The position numbers and the translations under genes were made by a program. From assembly GCA_021777555.1 (NCBI GenBank), contig JAJYDK010000016.1, positions 5,178 to 69,177 of the forward strand: a stretch of DNA of 64,000 nt, given 5' to 3'. Origin of the DNA: Pseudomonadota bacterium (GTDB lineage Bacteria; Pseudomonadota; Gammaproteobacteria; Steroidobacterales; Steroidobacteraceae). Below, one piece after another: positions 1 to 9,330 of this stretch. Each line of letters starts with the position of its first letter. The first letter of the stretch is position 1. The notes under the pieces are model-generated. The model saw only the letters and a program-made list of their open reading frames with translations, ran no database searches and was not told where the DNA came from.

Positions 1-2
1 CC

Positions 3-1133
3 ACCCCGGACCGCTGGACCAAACTGTGCGAGCGCCAGGCGGATGCGCTGCTGCTGTTGGCCCGGGCGGAGAGCCCAGCGGGCAGCTGGGCGGCGCTGCG
101 CTGGCCGCACGATCACAGCCTGACCCCGCAGCGCTGGGAGCTGGTGCTGGCGCACGACAGCGAGATCGAGACCGGGGCCGCGGCCCGCTGGCTGGTCAAT
201 CTTCCTGACATTCCACATCATCACGTCCAGACACCGTTGGACTACGCCCGGCTCGCCCGATCACTCACGGGCCGCGGCGTTGGGCTCGTGCTCTCGGGAG
301 GCGGCGCGCGCGGGTTTGCGCACATCGGCGCAGTCAAGGCGCTGCACGAGGCCGGCATTCCCATCGACGTGGTGGGCGGCACCAGCATGGGGGCCATTCT
401 CGGTGCCGGCGTCGCTTCGCGCTGGAGCGTGCAGGAGCTGACCGAGCGGTTCCGGCACTACTTCGTCGCCTCGCGGCCGCTGCGCGATTACACGCTGCCC
501 TTCGTGTCCCTGGTGTCCGGCCGCAAGGTGAGCCGCATGCTTTACGAAGCGTTCGGTGACCTCGCCATCGAGGACCTGCCGCTGGCGTTCTTCTGCGTAT
601 CATCCAATCTGACCTTGGGCCGCGCACACGTCCATCGCCGCGATGCGCTGTGGCGCGCCCTGCGGGCCTCCGTCTCCGTCCCCGGAGTGCTGCCGCCCGT
701 CGTGCACGGCGGCGAGGTGCTGGTCGACGGTGGGGCGATGAACAACCTGCCGGTCGATGTCATGCTGGAGATGGGGCGGGGGCCGGTCATCGGCAGCGAC
801 GCCGGCGCCGACCGGGCCTTCGCCACCCACGGCGACGATATCGACGTGCCGCTGCCCTGGCAGATCATGCGCTGGGTCAGGACGCGACGGCATCTGCCCA
901 ACATTTTCCAGATCCTGTGGCGCACCGGCATGGTCAACAGCAACGCCATCACGGCCGGTCAGCGCGGCAGGGCGGACCTCTTGCTGCAGCCGCCGCTCGC
1001 GGAGATCGACATGCTCAACTGGAAGGCGTTCGACCGCGCCGTCCAGGTGGGCTACGAATACACCAGCCGGCGCCTGGACGAGCTGCCCGCGGACTCTCCT
1101 CTGTGGCGCAGCGCCGGAGTGATCGGGGAGTAA
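3..1133 (+). CDS. Patatin-like phospholipase (NTE/RssA-type), 5' end truncated by the window edge
   Basis: The frame is open from base 3. It has the patatin glycine-rich loop GGGARGFAHIGAVKAL, the serine motif GTSMG and a downstream DGG motif. The listed TTG start at 57 is probably internal. Confidence 0.85.
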   Translation, partial: TPDRWTKLCERQADALLLLARAESPAGSWAALRWPHDHSLTPQRWELVLAHDSEIETGAAARWLVNLPDIPHHHVQTPLDYARLARSLTGRGVGLVLSGGGARGFAHIGAVKALHEAGIPIDVVGGTSMGAILGAGVASRWSVQELTERFRHYFVASRPLRDYTLPFVSLVSGRKVSRMLYEAFGDLAIEDLPLAFFCVSSNLTLGRAHVHRRDALWRALRASVSVPGVLPPVVHGGEVLVDGGAMNNLPVDVMLEMGRGPVIGSDAGADRAFATHGDDIDVPLPWQIMRWVRTRRHLPNIFQILWRTGMVNSNAITAGQRGRADLLLQPPLAEIDMLNWKAFDRAVQVGYEYTSRRLDELPADSPLWRSAGVIGE

Positions 1134-1405
1134 GGGCCCGAACGCCCTACGTCGCAGATGGGCGTCGACCCGTCCAGGGAGCCGAAGCGCTGTTGGAAGG
1201 CCTCGAAGCGTCCGTGGAACCGAGCGCGGCGGCCCTGCAGCAGCCGCAGTCGCTCGATCCGCTCCCGGCGGATGCCCCGCGGGATGGCCGCGAAGCCGGG
1301 CGAGACCGCGGATCAGAACGGGCATAATACTCATGCCGGCGGATCAACCTCGCTGCTCGCCGAAATGTCGAGCGTCGCAAGGCGCATTTCCGGCCATGAA
1401 CCTGG

Positions 1406-2950
1406 ATGACTGGAGGATCCGCTGCCGTGCAAATCGTACTCATCGCCGCCCTCGCGGCCGCAACCGGTGGCATTGCGACATGGGTCGTCGCGCGTGCCCT
1501 GCGGCGGGCTGGCCTCGCCGCCACGGAGTCCCAGCTCGCCGCGCTGCGCGAGCAGCTTGCGGCGGCGGCGCGCGCTGGCGATGACCTGCGGGCCGAGTGG
1601 AACAGGGCTTCCGAAGCCCTGCGCGCGGAAACCGGACGGCGCGCCACGGCGGAAGCGGGCGCGGCGCGCGCGGTGGCACTCGATGCGAACGTGGCGCAAC
1701 TCAACGGCGAGCTGACCACGCTCAAGGCGAGTCTCGCGGCCGGCGAGGCGAGGCTCGCCGCGGAGCGCGAGGCCGCACGCCAGAACCTCCAGCTGCTGGA
1801 GGAGGCCCGGGCAAAGCTCTCCGATGCCTTCAAGGCGCTGTCCTCGGATGCGCTGAAGAGCAACAACCAGGCGTTTCTCGAGCTCGCACACGCCACGCTC
1901 GAGAGGTTCCAGCAGGGCGCGGCCGGGGATCTCGAGGCGCGTCAGAAGGCCATCGAGCAGCTCACGCAGCCGATCCGCGAGCGCCTGGAGAAGTTCGACG
2001 GCAAGATCGATGAGCTCGAGCGGGCGCGCCACGGCGCGTACCGTGCGCTCACGCAGCAGGTCGACGATCTGCTCAAGGTGCATCTGCCGCAGCTGCAGCG
2101 CGACACCGCCGGCCTGGTCAAGGCGCTGCGCCAGCCCCAGGCGCGCGGGCGTTGGGGCGAGATGCAGCTGCGGCGCGTGGTCGAGATGGCCGGCATGCAG
2201 GAGCATTGTGACTTCAAGGAGCAAGTCAGCCAGACCCGCGAGGATGGCGGCCGTCTGCGTCCCGATCTCATCGTGTTCCTTCCCGGCGGGCGCCAGGTGG
2301 TCGTCGACGCGAAGGCGCCGGTCGATGCCTATCTGGAGGCCGTCGAAGCGCAGGATGAAGCCGCGCGCGCCCAGGCGTTGGTGCGCCATGCCCGACAGGT
2401 GCGCGACCATATCGCGGCGCTCGGCAAGAAAGCCTACTTCGACCAGTTCGACCCCACGCCGGAGTTCGTCATTCTGTTCGTGCCCGGGGAGGCGTTCTTC
2501 TCCGCCGCGCTGGCCCAGGATCCCGAGCTGATCGAGTATGGGGCCGAAAGCCGCGTCATCCCCGCAAGTCCGACGACGCTCATCGCGCTGCTCAAGGCAG
2601 TGTCCTATGGGTGGCGCCAGGAGGCGCTCGCGAAGAATGCGCAGGAGGTCGCGGACCTCGGCAAACAACTCTACGAGAGGGTCGCCACGCTTGCCGGACA
2701 TTGGGCCCGGCTCGGCGATCGTCTCGACAAGGCGCTCGAGGCCTACAACAGCGCCACGGCAACCCTGGAGACCCGCGTGCTGGTCTCGGCGCGCCGCTTC
2801 ACCGATCTCGGCGCCGCACCGGTCGGCGCCGAGATCGAGTCCCTGCAGCCGATCGAGCGCGTGGCGCGCAAGGTGCAGGCGGCGGCGCTGTTGCAGGCGC
2901 CGAAGGATGAGACGCCGGCAGCGAACGAGGGCGAGGACTCATCCGCCTGA
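1406..2950 (+). CDS. rmuC: DNA recombination protein RmuC
   Basis: It has an N-terminal TM helix, a long Ala/Glu/Arg coiled coil, and a conserved RmuC core (RQPQARGRWGEMQLRRVVEMAGM, FVILFVPGEAFF). Confidence 0.9.
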   Translation: MTGGSAAVQIVLIAALAAATGGIATWVVARALRRAGLAATESQLAALREQLAAAARAGDDLRAEWNRASEALRAETGRRATAEAGAARAVALDANVAQLNGELTTLKASLAAGEARLAAEREAARQNLQLLEEARAKLSDAFKALSSDALKSNNQAFLELAHATLERFQQGAAGDLEARQKAIEQLTQPIRERLEKFDGKIDELERARHGAYRALTQQVDDLLKVHLPQLQRDTAGLVKALRQPQARGRWGEMQLRRVVEMAGMQEHCDFKEQVSQTREDGGRLRPDLIVFLPGGRQVVVDAKAPVDAYLEAVEAQDEAARAQALVRHARQVRDHIAALGKKAYFDQFDPTPEFVILFVPGEAFFSAALAQDPELIEYGAESRVIPASPTTLIALLKAVSYGWRQEALAKNAQEVADLGKQLYERVATLAGHWARLGDRLDKALEAYNSATATLETRVLVSARRFTDLGAAPVGAEIESLQPIERVARKVQAAALLQAPKDETPAANEGEDSSA

Positions 2951-3009
2951 GCCGATCGAGGATTGCCGGCGGATCGCCGGGGCTGTACGATTATCCAGGT
3001 AATGGACAT

Positions 3010-3621
3010 ATGGAGGAAGTCGCCGTGATCACGCTCTATCACCACCCCAAGACCCGCTCCTCGCGCTTCATCTTCCTGCTCGAGGAGCTGCAGGCGCCCT
3101 ACGAAATCCGCCTCGTCACGGTTCGCAAGCGCGACGGCAGCGGAGCGGTGGACCCGGCCAACCCCCATCCGCACGGCAAGGTGCCGGCGATCTCGGACGA
3201 TGGCGTCATCGTCTTCGAGTCCTCCGCCGTCGCGCTCTACCTGACGGACCGCTTTCCGAAGAACGCGCTCGGGCCACAGGTGGGCGAGCGTGACCGCGGC
3301 GCCTACCTCTCCTGGCTCGCCTACTACAGCGGTGTGCTCGAGCCGGCGTTCGTGTCGAAGTTCCTGAGCGTGCAGGTGCCGCGCGGCACAGCCGGCTGGG
3401 TCGAGGTCGAGGAGGCCATGCCGGCCGTCATCCAACAGCTCGCGCGCGGACCGTATTTTCTCGGCGAGCGCTTCAGCGCCCTGGATGTTCTCTACGGCAC
3501 CACGTTCGCGATGTTCAGTCAGAGTCCGCTCATGGAGAAATCGCCGCTGATCGACGCCTATGCGCAGCGTGTGCTCGGCCGGCCGGCCTTTGAGCGCGCG
3601 CAGGCGCGGGATGACGGATGA
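3010..3621 (+). CDS. Glutathione S-transferase family protein
   Basis: It has a thioredoxin-like N-terminus (ITLYHHPKTRSSR..., GKVPAI, FESSAI-like motif) and a helical C-terminal domain. An alternative GTG start at 3025 lies 8 nt after GGAGGA. Confidence 0.85.
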   Translation: MEEVAVITLYHHPKTRSSRFIFLLEELQAPYEIRLVTVRKRDGSGAVDPANPHPHGKVPAISDDGVIVFESSAVALYLTDRFPKNALGPQVGERDRGAYLSWLAYYSGVLEPAFVSKFLSVQVPRGTAGWVEVEEAMPAVIQQLARGPYFLGERFSALDVLYGTTFAMFSQSPLMEKSPLIDAYAQRVLGRPAFERAQARDDG

Positions 3622-3667
3622 CTCTGGCACACTATCGTCCCGAGGACATGCACCGGAGGTGGGATCG

Positions 3668-5236
3668 ATGAGCTTGCCAATGCCGCGCGGACTCCGCTGG
3701 GTTGCCGCCATCGTCCTGATGCTCTGCGTGCCGCTGCGGCCGGCCGTCGCCGCGACGGCTCGACCGGTGAGCATCCAGATCGACGGCGCCGCGCCGGGGC
3801 AGCCCTTCCCGCATTTCTGGGAGCAGATGTTCGGATCGGGCCACGCCATCCTCGCGCTGCGGGCCAACTATCAGCGCGACATGCGCAAGGTCAGGCGCCA
3901 CACCGAGTTCCGCCTGGTGCGCTTTCACGGCATCTTCGATCGGGAGGTCGGCCTCTTTCACCTCGACGCGCACGGCCGGCCGGTCTACAACTTCAGCTAT
4001 GTCGATGAGATCTACGATGCGCTGCTCAGGCAGGGCGTGCGCCCGTACGTCGAGCTGAGCTTCATGCCGCCGCAGCTTGCCTCGCGCAAGGCGGCCATGG
4101 GCTTCTGGTACGACCCGAACATCGCCCCTCCCAAGAGCTGGACGCTGTGGGGCCAGCTCGTCCACCGCTTCGCGCAACACCTGGTCAACCGGTACGGAAT
4201 CGACGAAGTCTCGCACTGGTACTTCGAGGTCTGGAACGAGCCCAACATCTCGTTCTGGGCGGGCTCACCGAAGCAGGCGAGCTACTTCCACCTGTACGAG
4301 GTGAGCGCGCGCGCGCTGAAGAGCGTCAGCCCGCGGCTGCGCGTGGGAGGGCCCGCGACCGCCCAGGCCGCGTGGATTCCGGCCTTCATCCGCTTCTGCG
4401 CGACCCGGCACGTCCCCGTGGATTTCGTCTCGACCCACGTCTATGGCGATGACACCGCCGAGAACGTCCTGCACCGGCACGAGACCATCGGCCGCCGGGA
4501 CATGGTCGTGCGCGCCGTCGAGAAAGTGCACCAGGAGGTGCAGGACTCGCCGATGCCCGGCCTGCCGGTCATCTTCAGCGAATTCAACGCCACGTACACC
4601 GGCACCGAAGTCGACGTGACGGACTCGCCCTACATCGGGCCGTGGATGGCGCATACCATCAGCGCCACCGACGGCCTGGTGAAGCTGATGTCGTACTGGA
4701 CCTTCTCCGATGTCTTCGAAGAACAGGGCGTGGTCAAGACACCGTTCTACGGGGGCTTCGGCCTGATCGCCGCCGGTGGCATTCCCAAGGCCGCGTTCAA
4801 CGACTTCAGTCTCCTGCACCGGCTCGGGACCGAACGGCTCGCGAACCCGTCCGACTCCGCGCTGGTCACGCGGCGCAAGGATGGGACGCTTGCGATCGCG
4901 GTATGGAATTACGCAGCGGCGGGACCGCACGGCACCACCAAGACCTACCACCTGGACCTGCGAAACGTCTCGGGCGCGCGGCACGCCTACATCTGGCTCG
5001 TCGACCGCGACCACGGCTCGCCGCTCGCCACCTGGCAGGAGATGGGCTCGCCTCCCTACCCGACCTTTGCACAACGCAAGGTCCTGCTGGCGGCCGCGCG
5101 CCTGCCACCGCCCCGGGTCGAGGCGCTGCAGGGCGTCTCTCCCCGGCTGACGCTCTACCTAGTGCCGCACGCTCTCGCGCTGATCGAGGTGCGACCGCAT
5201 CCGAGCGCAATCACGGCGAACGGGTCCGCGCGCTAG
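3668..5236 (+). CDS. Glycoside hydrolase family 39 (beta-xylosidase-like), secreted
   Basis: It carries the GH39 signature WYFEVWNEPNISFW with the catalytic NEP. The internal ATG at 3668 yields a signal peptide (MSLPMPRGLRWVAAIVLMLCVPLRPAVAA). The track start at 3560 overlaps the GST gene. Confidence 0.85.
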   Translation: MSLPMPRGLRWVAAIVLMLCVPLRPAVAATARPVSIQIDGAAPGQPFPHFWEQMFGSGHAILALRANYQRDMRKVRRHTEFRLVRFHGIFDREVGLFHLDAHGRPVYNFSYVDEIYDALLRQGVRPYVELSFMPPQLASRKAAMGFWYDPNIAPPKSWTLWGQLVHRFAQHLVNRYGIDEVSHWYFEVWNEPNISFWAGSPKQASYFHLYEVSARALKSVSPRLRVGGPATAQAAWIPAFIRFCATRHVPVDFVSTHVYGDDTAENVLHRHETIGRRDMVVRAVEKVHQEVQDSPMPGLPVIFSEFNATYTGTEVDVTDSPYIGPWMAHTISATDGLVKLMSYWTFSDVFEEQGVVKTPFYGGFGLIAAGGIPKAAFNDFSLLHRLGTERLANPSDSALVTRRKDGTLAIAVWNYAAAGPHGTTKTYHLDLRNVSGARHAYIWLVDRDHGSPLATWQEMGSPPYPTFAQRKVLLAAARLPPPRVEALQGVSPRLTLYLVPHALALIEVRPHPSAITANGSAR

Positions 5237-5272
5237 TGGGAGCCTTTCGCGGGTGGGTGATTCGGGCGGCGC

Positions 5273-6018
5273 TCATCCCGCCCTGAATCGTCCCGCCCGG
5301 TAGGCCCCCGGGGTCATCCCCGTGGCCCTGCGGAATTGCCGATTGAAGGTCGAGAGGTCCTCGAAGCCGGACTCGAGCGCCACGCTCGAGATGCTGTCGC
5401 TCGAGCGGCGCAGCCGCATGGCGGCGCGATGCAGCCGGCGGCGCAACATGTACTGGCCGGGCGTCACGCCGACCACCTGTTCGAAGACCCTGAGGAAGTG
5501 AAAGACGCTCACGGCCGCGTCCGAGGCGAGCGCATCGACCGACAGGCGGCCCGGTTGCATTTCGATGCGGCGCAGGGCCGCGGCCACTCTCTTCTCGTCG
5601 CGGGCGGACGGTGAGCGCCCCGATGCCGGGGACTCGCCGAGCGCGGCGCATACCGCGCCCGCCAGACGATACGCGAGCTCGCGGTACTCCTCATGCTCGC
5701 CGCCGCGCGCCGGGCACGGTGGCCACGATGGATTCGAACAAGCCCCGGCGAGAAATGAAACGGCAGGCAGCGATCGCCGTGGCCATGCTCGTGACCGCAT
5801 TCGAAGCAGGCGCCCACGTTGCCGAGGAGCAGCGATCCCGGCGCCATCAATGCCCCACCCTGAGAGGTCCGATACTGAAAGCTGCCCGCCGTCACCAGCG
5901 CGATGCTGACGCGGCTGTGCTGCTCCACATAGCTGTGCTCGCGAAGTCCGGACGTGCAGAGCACATCACTCACCTGCCAGTCGGTGTCGGAGGCCAGGAG
6001 CATCGAAGTGAGCGCCAT
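5273..6018 (-). pseudogene. AraC-family transcriptional regulator disrupted by two +1 frameshifts
   Basis: The N-terminal cupin part (..ECGHEHGHGDRCLPFHFSP) is in one frame. A short plausible segment (GLFESIVATVPGAR) is in a second frame. The HTH part (EHEEYRELAYRL...FHFLRVFEQVVGVTPGQY...STFNRQFRRATGMTPGAYR) is in the third. Confidence 0.7.
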
Positions 6019-6441
6019 GCCCCAAGAATAGCAATTTCTCCGCTGCGCCAACGCTGAGCGGGCCGCGCCCTCCATGCCCTCGAAAGGGTTGCGGGCGAGG
6101 GATCACCACCGGCGACCTCGCCACAGTGCGTCCATCCGGGAGATTCCTCATGCCGCCGAGCCCGCCCCGTCCCAGGAGCCCTGGTACAAGTGCGGCGTCA
6201 TCCTGCCGTGCCTCGAGATGCGGGTCGCGGTGGGAGTGTGCGCCGATGCGCTCTGCATGACGTTCCACGGCCGCGGCGGCTTTCCCGGCGGCAAGCGCAC
6301 CGGATGATCGACCGCGCGGGCGGATCGCCGGCCCGAGCGAGTCGGGAGGGCGCCGGACGCCAGGGCGGGGATTGCGCTGGCCTGCGCAGGTACGCAAGAT
6401 GCCGGCTGCAATCCTGCCCCGGCCGCCCCGGTCCGCCCTTC

Positions 6442-7158
6442 ATGCCGGATTCCGCCTCCGCTCGCACCGCGCTCGTTCTCTTCTGCCGCCGTCCCTCGGC
6501 CGGCTCGGGCAAGCAGCGGCTGGCCCGCCATCTCGGTGAGACGCATGCGCTCGCCGTCGCCCGTGCTCTGCTCGAGTGTGCGCTGGAGGACCTCGCCGCC
6601 TGGCCTGGCCCGCTGATCATCTCGCCCGCGCGGTCGGAGGATGTCCCATGGGCCGAGGACCTTCTGCCCTGCACCCAGTGGGTCATTCCCCAGCCCGAGG
6701 GCAATCTGGGGCAGCGGATCAACGCTGTCGATGCGGACCTGCGTCGCCGGGGCTGCGAGCGCGTCCTGTTCATCGGGAGCGACGCACCCTCCATGCGAGC
6801 CGAGGACCTGCAGGAGGCGGCTGCCACGCTCGATCACACCCATATCGTTCTGATTCCCGCGGCGGATGGCGGCGTGACGCTCATGGGGTCACGGGTGGCC
6901 TGGCCGCCGCTCGCGGACCTGCCCTGGAGCGAGTCCGGACTCGGCGCTGCGCTCGAGCGGGGCTGTCGCGCCACCGGCATGACCGTCGAGCGTCTCAAGG
7001 CGTCCTATGACATCGACGAAGTCTCGGACTTCAGATTGGCGCTCGAGGCGCTGGCGCGGGATGCTCGCCCGGCGAGACGACGCCTGAATGCGCTGCTCGC
7101 GGGCCTGGCCGAGGGTCCGGCAAGGGCGGCCGCCGGCATGGCCGAGGCGACCCCGTGA
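6442..7158 (+). CDS. DUF2064-type nucleotidyl/glycosyltransferase-like protein (rSAM-associated transferase 1 type)
   Basis: The N-terminus TALVLFCRRPSAGSGKQRLA is typical of DUF2064, and a FIGSDAP motif is present. I chose the internal ATG at 6442. Its stop overlaps the next gene's start (GTGA at 7155-7158). Confidence 0.7.
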   Translation: MPDSASARTALVLFCRRPSAGSGKQRLARHLGETHALAVARALLECALEDLAAWPGPLIISPARSEDVPWAEDLLPCTQWVIPQPEGNLGQRINAVDADLRRRGCERVLFIGSDAPSMRAEDLQEAAATLDHTHIVLIPAADGGVTLMGSRVAWPPLADLPWSESGLGAALERGCRATGMTVERLKASYDIDEVSDFRLALEALARDARPARRRLNALLAGLAEGPARAAAGMAEATP

Positions 7159-8621
7159 GCGTCACGCGGGAGGAGGCGGAGCACGCGCAGGCGGCCCAGG
7201 GCCTCGAGGCCGAGTATCCGCGGCTGGTGTTCCCGCCCGATCACCTCAATCCGCGACCCCAGGGTGTCTACAACCTGGTGGTGATCGGAGCCGGCCCCGC
7301 GGGCCTCGTGACCTCGATCGCCGCAGCCTCGCTCGGCGCCCGCGTGGCGCTCGTCGAGCGCCATGCCATGGGGGGCGATTGTCTCAACGTGGGCTGCGTC
7401 CCCTCCAAGACCCTGCTGGCCGCCGCCGCCGCGGGAGTGTCGTTCGAGGCGGCCATGGCGCGTGTGCGCCAGGTCCGGGCCCGGATCGCCCATCACGACT
7501 CCGTCGAGCGCTACACCCGGGCCGGGGTCGAGGTCTTCCTCGGCGAGGCACGCTTCGAGGATCCCCACATCGTGCGGGTCGGCGATGCCCGCCTGAACAC
7601 GCGCAAAACAGTCATCGCCACCGGCGCGCGCCCGCGGATACCCGCGATCCCGGGGCTCGTGGAACTCGGCCCGTTGACCAATGAGACGGTGTTCGAGCTG
7701 CGTACACGGCCCACGAGACTGGCCATCCTTGGCGCCGGCGCCGTTGGGTGCGAGCTGGCGCAGGCGTTCGCGCGCCTCGGCAGCCGCGTCGAGCTCATCG
7801 AGACGGCCCCTCAGGTGTTGCCCGCGGAGGAAGCCGAGGCCGCGGGACTCGTCGCGGGCGCTCTGCGACGCGATGGCGTGATGGTGCATCTGGACGGTCG
7901 CGTCGTGGCCGCCTCGGTGTCCCCGGAAGGCAAGGTCCTCGCGCTGGAGGATGGCCGCCGGGTGGTGGCCGACGAAGTGTTGATCGCCGCCGGACGGCGA
8001 CGCACCGTCGAGGGCCTGGAGCTCGACCAAGCCGGGGTCAAAGTCGATGCCCGGGGTGCGATCGAGGTCGATGCGCGTCTGCGCACCTCTCATCCGGACA
8101 TCTATGCCGCCGGGGATGTCTGCTCGGCGTATCAGTTCACGCATGCGGCGGATGCGCAGGCGCGCATCGTCATCCGCAACGCCCTGTTTCGGGGCCGCGC
8201 GCGCGCGGACCGGCTCATCGTGCCTCGCTGCATCTACACCAAGCCGGAGCTGGCGCAGGTTGGCGCGACGGCGCGCGAGCTCGAGCAGGCGGGAAGACGA
8301 TTCGAGCGGTATCGTCTGGAGTGGGGGGAGTTGGATCGAGGCGTGACGGATGCGGACGAGGAGGGTTTTGTCGAGGTGCGGGCCGATGCCGGTGGACACC
8401 TCCTCGGGGCGACCCTGGTCGGCCGGGACGCCGCCGAGCAGATCGCCCCGCTCGTGCTCCTCATGACACGAGGCGGGGGGCTCGGCAGCATCGGGTCGCT
8501 GGTGTTGCCGTATCCGACCCGCTCGGAATACCTGCGCCGGCTCGCCGATCAGTACGCCCGCCGGCGTCTGACGCCATGGGTGGCGAGAGCCCTGCGGGCA
8601 TGGCTGCGCCATGCGCGCTGA
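7155..8621 (+). CDS. FAD-dependent pyridine nucleotide-disulfide oxidoreductase (dihydrolipoamide dehydrogenase / mercuric reductase-like)
   Basis: It has the FAD fold GAGPAGL, the redox-active disulfide GGDCLNVGCVPSK, a second Rossmann motif GAGAVGCE, and a C-terminal dimerisation region. Confidence 0.85.
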   Translation: MSVTREEAEHAQAAQGLEAEYPRLVFPPDHLNPRPQGVYNLVVIGAGPAGLVTSIAAASLGARVALVERHAMGGDCLNVGCVPSKTLLAAAAAGVSFEAAMARVRQVRARIAHHDSVERYTRAGVEVFLGEARFEDPHIVRVGDARLNTRKTVIATGARPRIPAIPGLVELGPLTNETVFELRTRPTRLAILGAGAVGCELAQAFARLGSRVELIETAPQVLPAEEAEAAGLVAGALRRDGVMVHLDGRVVAASVSPEGKVLALEDGRRVVADEVLIAAGRRRTVEGLELDQAGVKVDARGAIEVDARLRTSHPDIYAAGDVCSAYQFTHAADAQARIVIRNALFRGRARADRLIVPRCIYTKPELAQVGATARELEQAGRRFERYRLEWGELDRGVTDADEEGFVEVRADAGGHLLGATLVGRDAAEQIAPLVLLMTRGGGLGSIGSLVLPYPTRSEYLRRLADQYARRRLTPWVARALRAWLRHAR

Positions 8622-9330
8622 AGCGCCCGCAACGCCCCGGTTGACCGCCATCGTGCCGGTGCTGCGCGATGACGCCGCGCTCGACGGATTGTTGGCGGCG
8701 CTGCGCCGGCTGGACGGCCCGCCCGAGCGGCTGATCGTTGCCGACGGCGCGAGCAGCGAGCAGACCGCGGCGCTCTGCCGCCGGCATTCAGCTCGCTGGC
8801 TCCCCTGCGCCCGCGGCCGGGGTCCGCAGCTGAGCGCGGGGGTGGCGGGCTCGCGGCTGCCGGGCGCCGCGGCCGAAGTGCTCTGGTTCCTGCATGCCGA
8901 CAGCCGGCCCGATCCGCGCGCGGCGCGTGCGATTCGCTTCGCGATCGCCCAGGGCGCGGTGGGAGGCTACTTCCGCTTCCGCTTCGACGGCCCGCGCAGC
9001 GGGATGAAATCCTTCCTGGAGCGCAGCATCGCGCTGCGCTGCCGTGTCGGCACGGTGTACGGCGACCAGGGGCTCTTCGTGACCCGCTCGGTGTATGAGG
9101 CGGGTCCGGGCTTCGCCGCGCAGCCGCTGTTCGAGGAAGTGCCGCTGGTCCGCTCTCTCAAGCGAACCGGCGGGTTCATCGCGCTCGATGTGCCCATTAT
9201 CGTCGACCCCCGCCGCTGGGAGCGCGACGGATACCTGCGACGCACTCTGCACAACCGCGTGCTCGCGCTGGGACACCTTCTGGGCGTGCCGCCGCTGCGG
9301 CTGGCTCAATGGTATCGAGCCACCCGATGA
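8611..9330 (+). CDS. Family 2 glycosyltransferase (rSAM-associated transferase 2 type)
   Basis: The N-terminus is GT2-like (LTAIVPVLRDDAALDGLL, ADGASSE) and the gene is small (239 aa). It overlaps both neighbouring genes. Confidence 0.75.
   Translation: MRAEAPATPRLTAIVPVLRDDAALDGLLAALRRLDGPPERLIVADGASSEQTAALCRRHSARWLPCARGRGPQLSAGVAGSRLPGAAAEVLWFLHADSRPDPRAARAIRFAIAQGAVGGYFRFRFDGPRSGMKSFLERSIALRCRVGTVYGDQGLFVTRSVYEAGPGFAAQPLFEEVPLVRSLKRTGGFIALDVPIIVDPRRWERDGYLRRTLHNRVLALGHLLGVPPLRLAQWYRATR

Noticed and set aside
1147-1334. A protein-like minus-strand reading (..RERIERLRLLQGRRARFHGRFEAFQQRFGSLDG..) in the patatin-rmuC intergenic region.
   Set aside because: It has no start codon after the upstream in-frame TGA, and it runs into the 3' end of the patatin gene. 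It is most likely a frame artefact.
1331-2701. A 456-aa ORF antisense to rmuC. Similar long antisense ORFs occur elsewhere, for example 37832-39970, 55024-56811, 47347-49065, 51350-52654, 29884-31338 and 7005-8651.
   Set aside because: Each lies opposite a gene with clear family motifs. Their translations are Arg/Ala/Gly/Pro-rich low-complexity strings, typical of stop-poor alternative frames in high-GC DNA.
3-2950. A patatin-like phospholipase next to RmuC as a possible anti-phage defence pair.
   Set aside because: The patatin protein looks like the housekeeping NTE/RssA type with a long N-terminal extension beyond the window. RmuC is a common core gene, and there is no cyclase, sensor or other defence partner.
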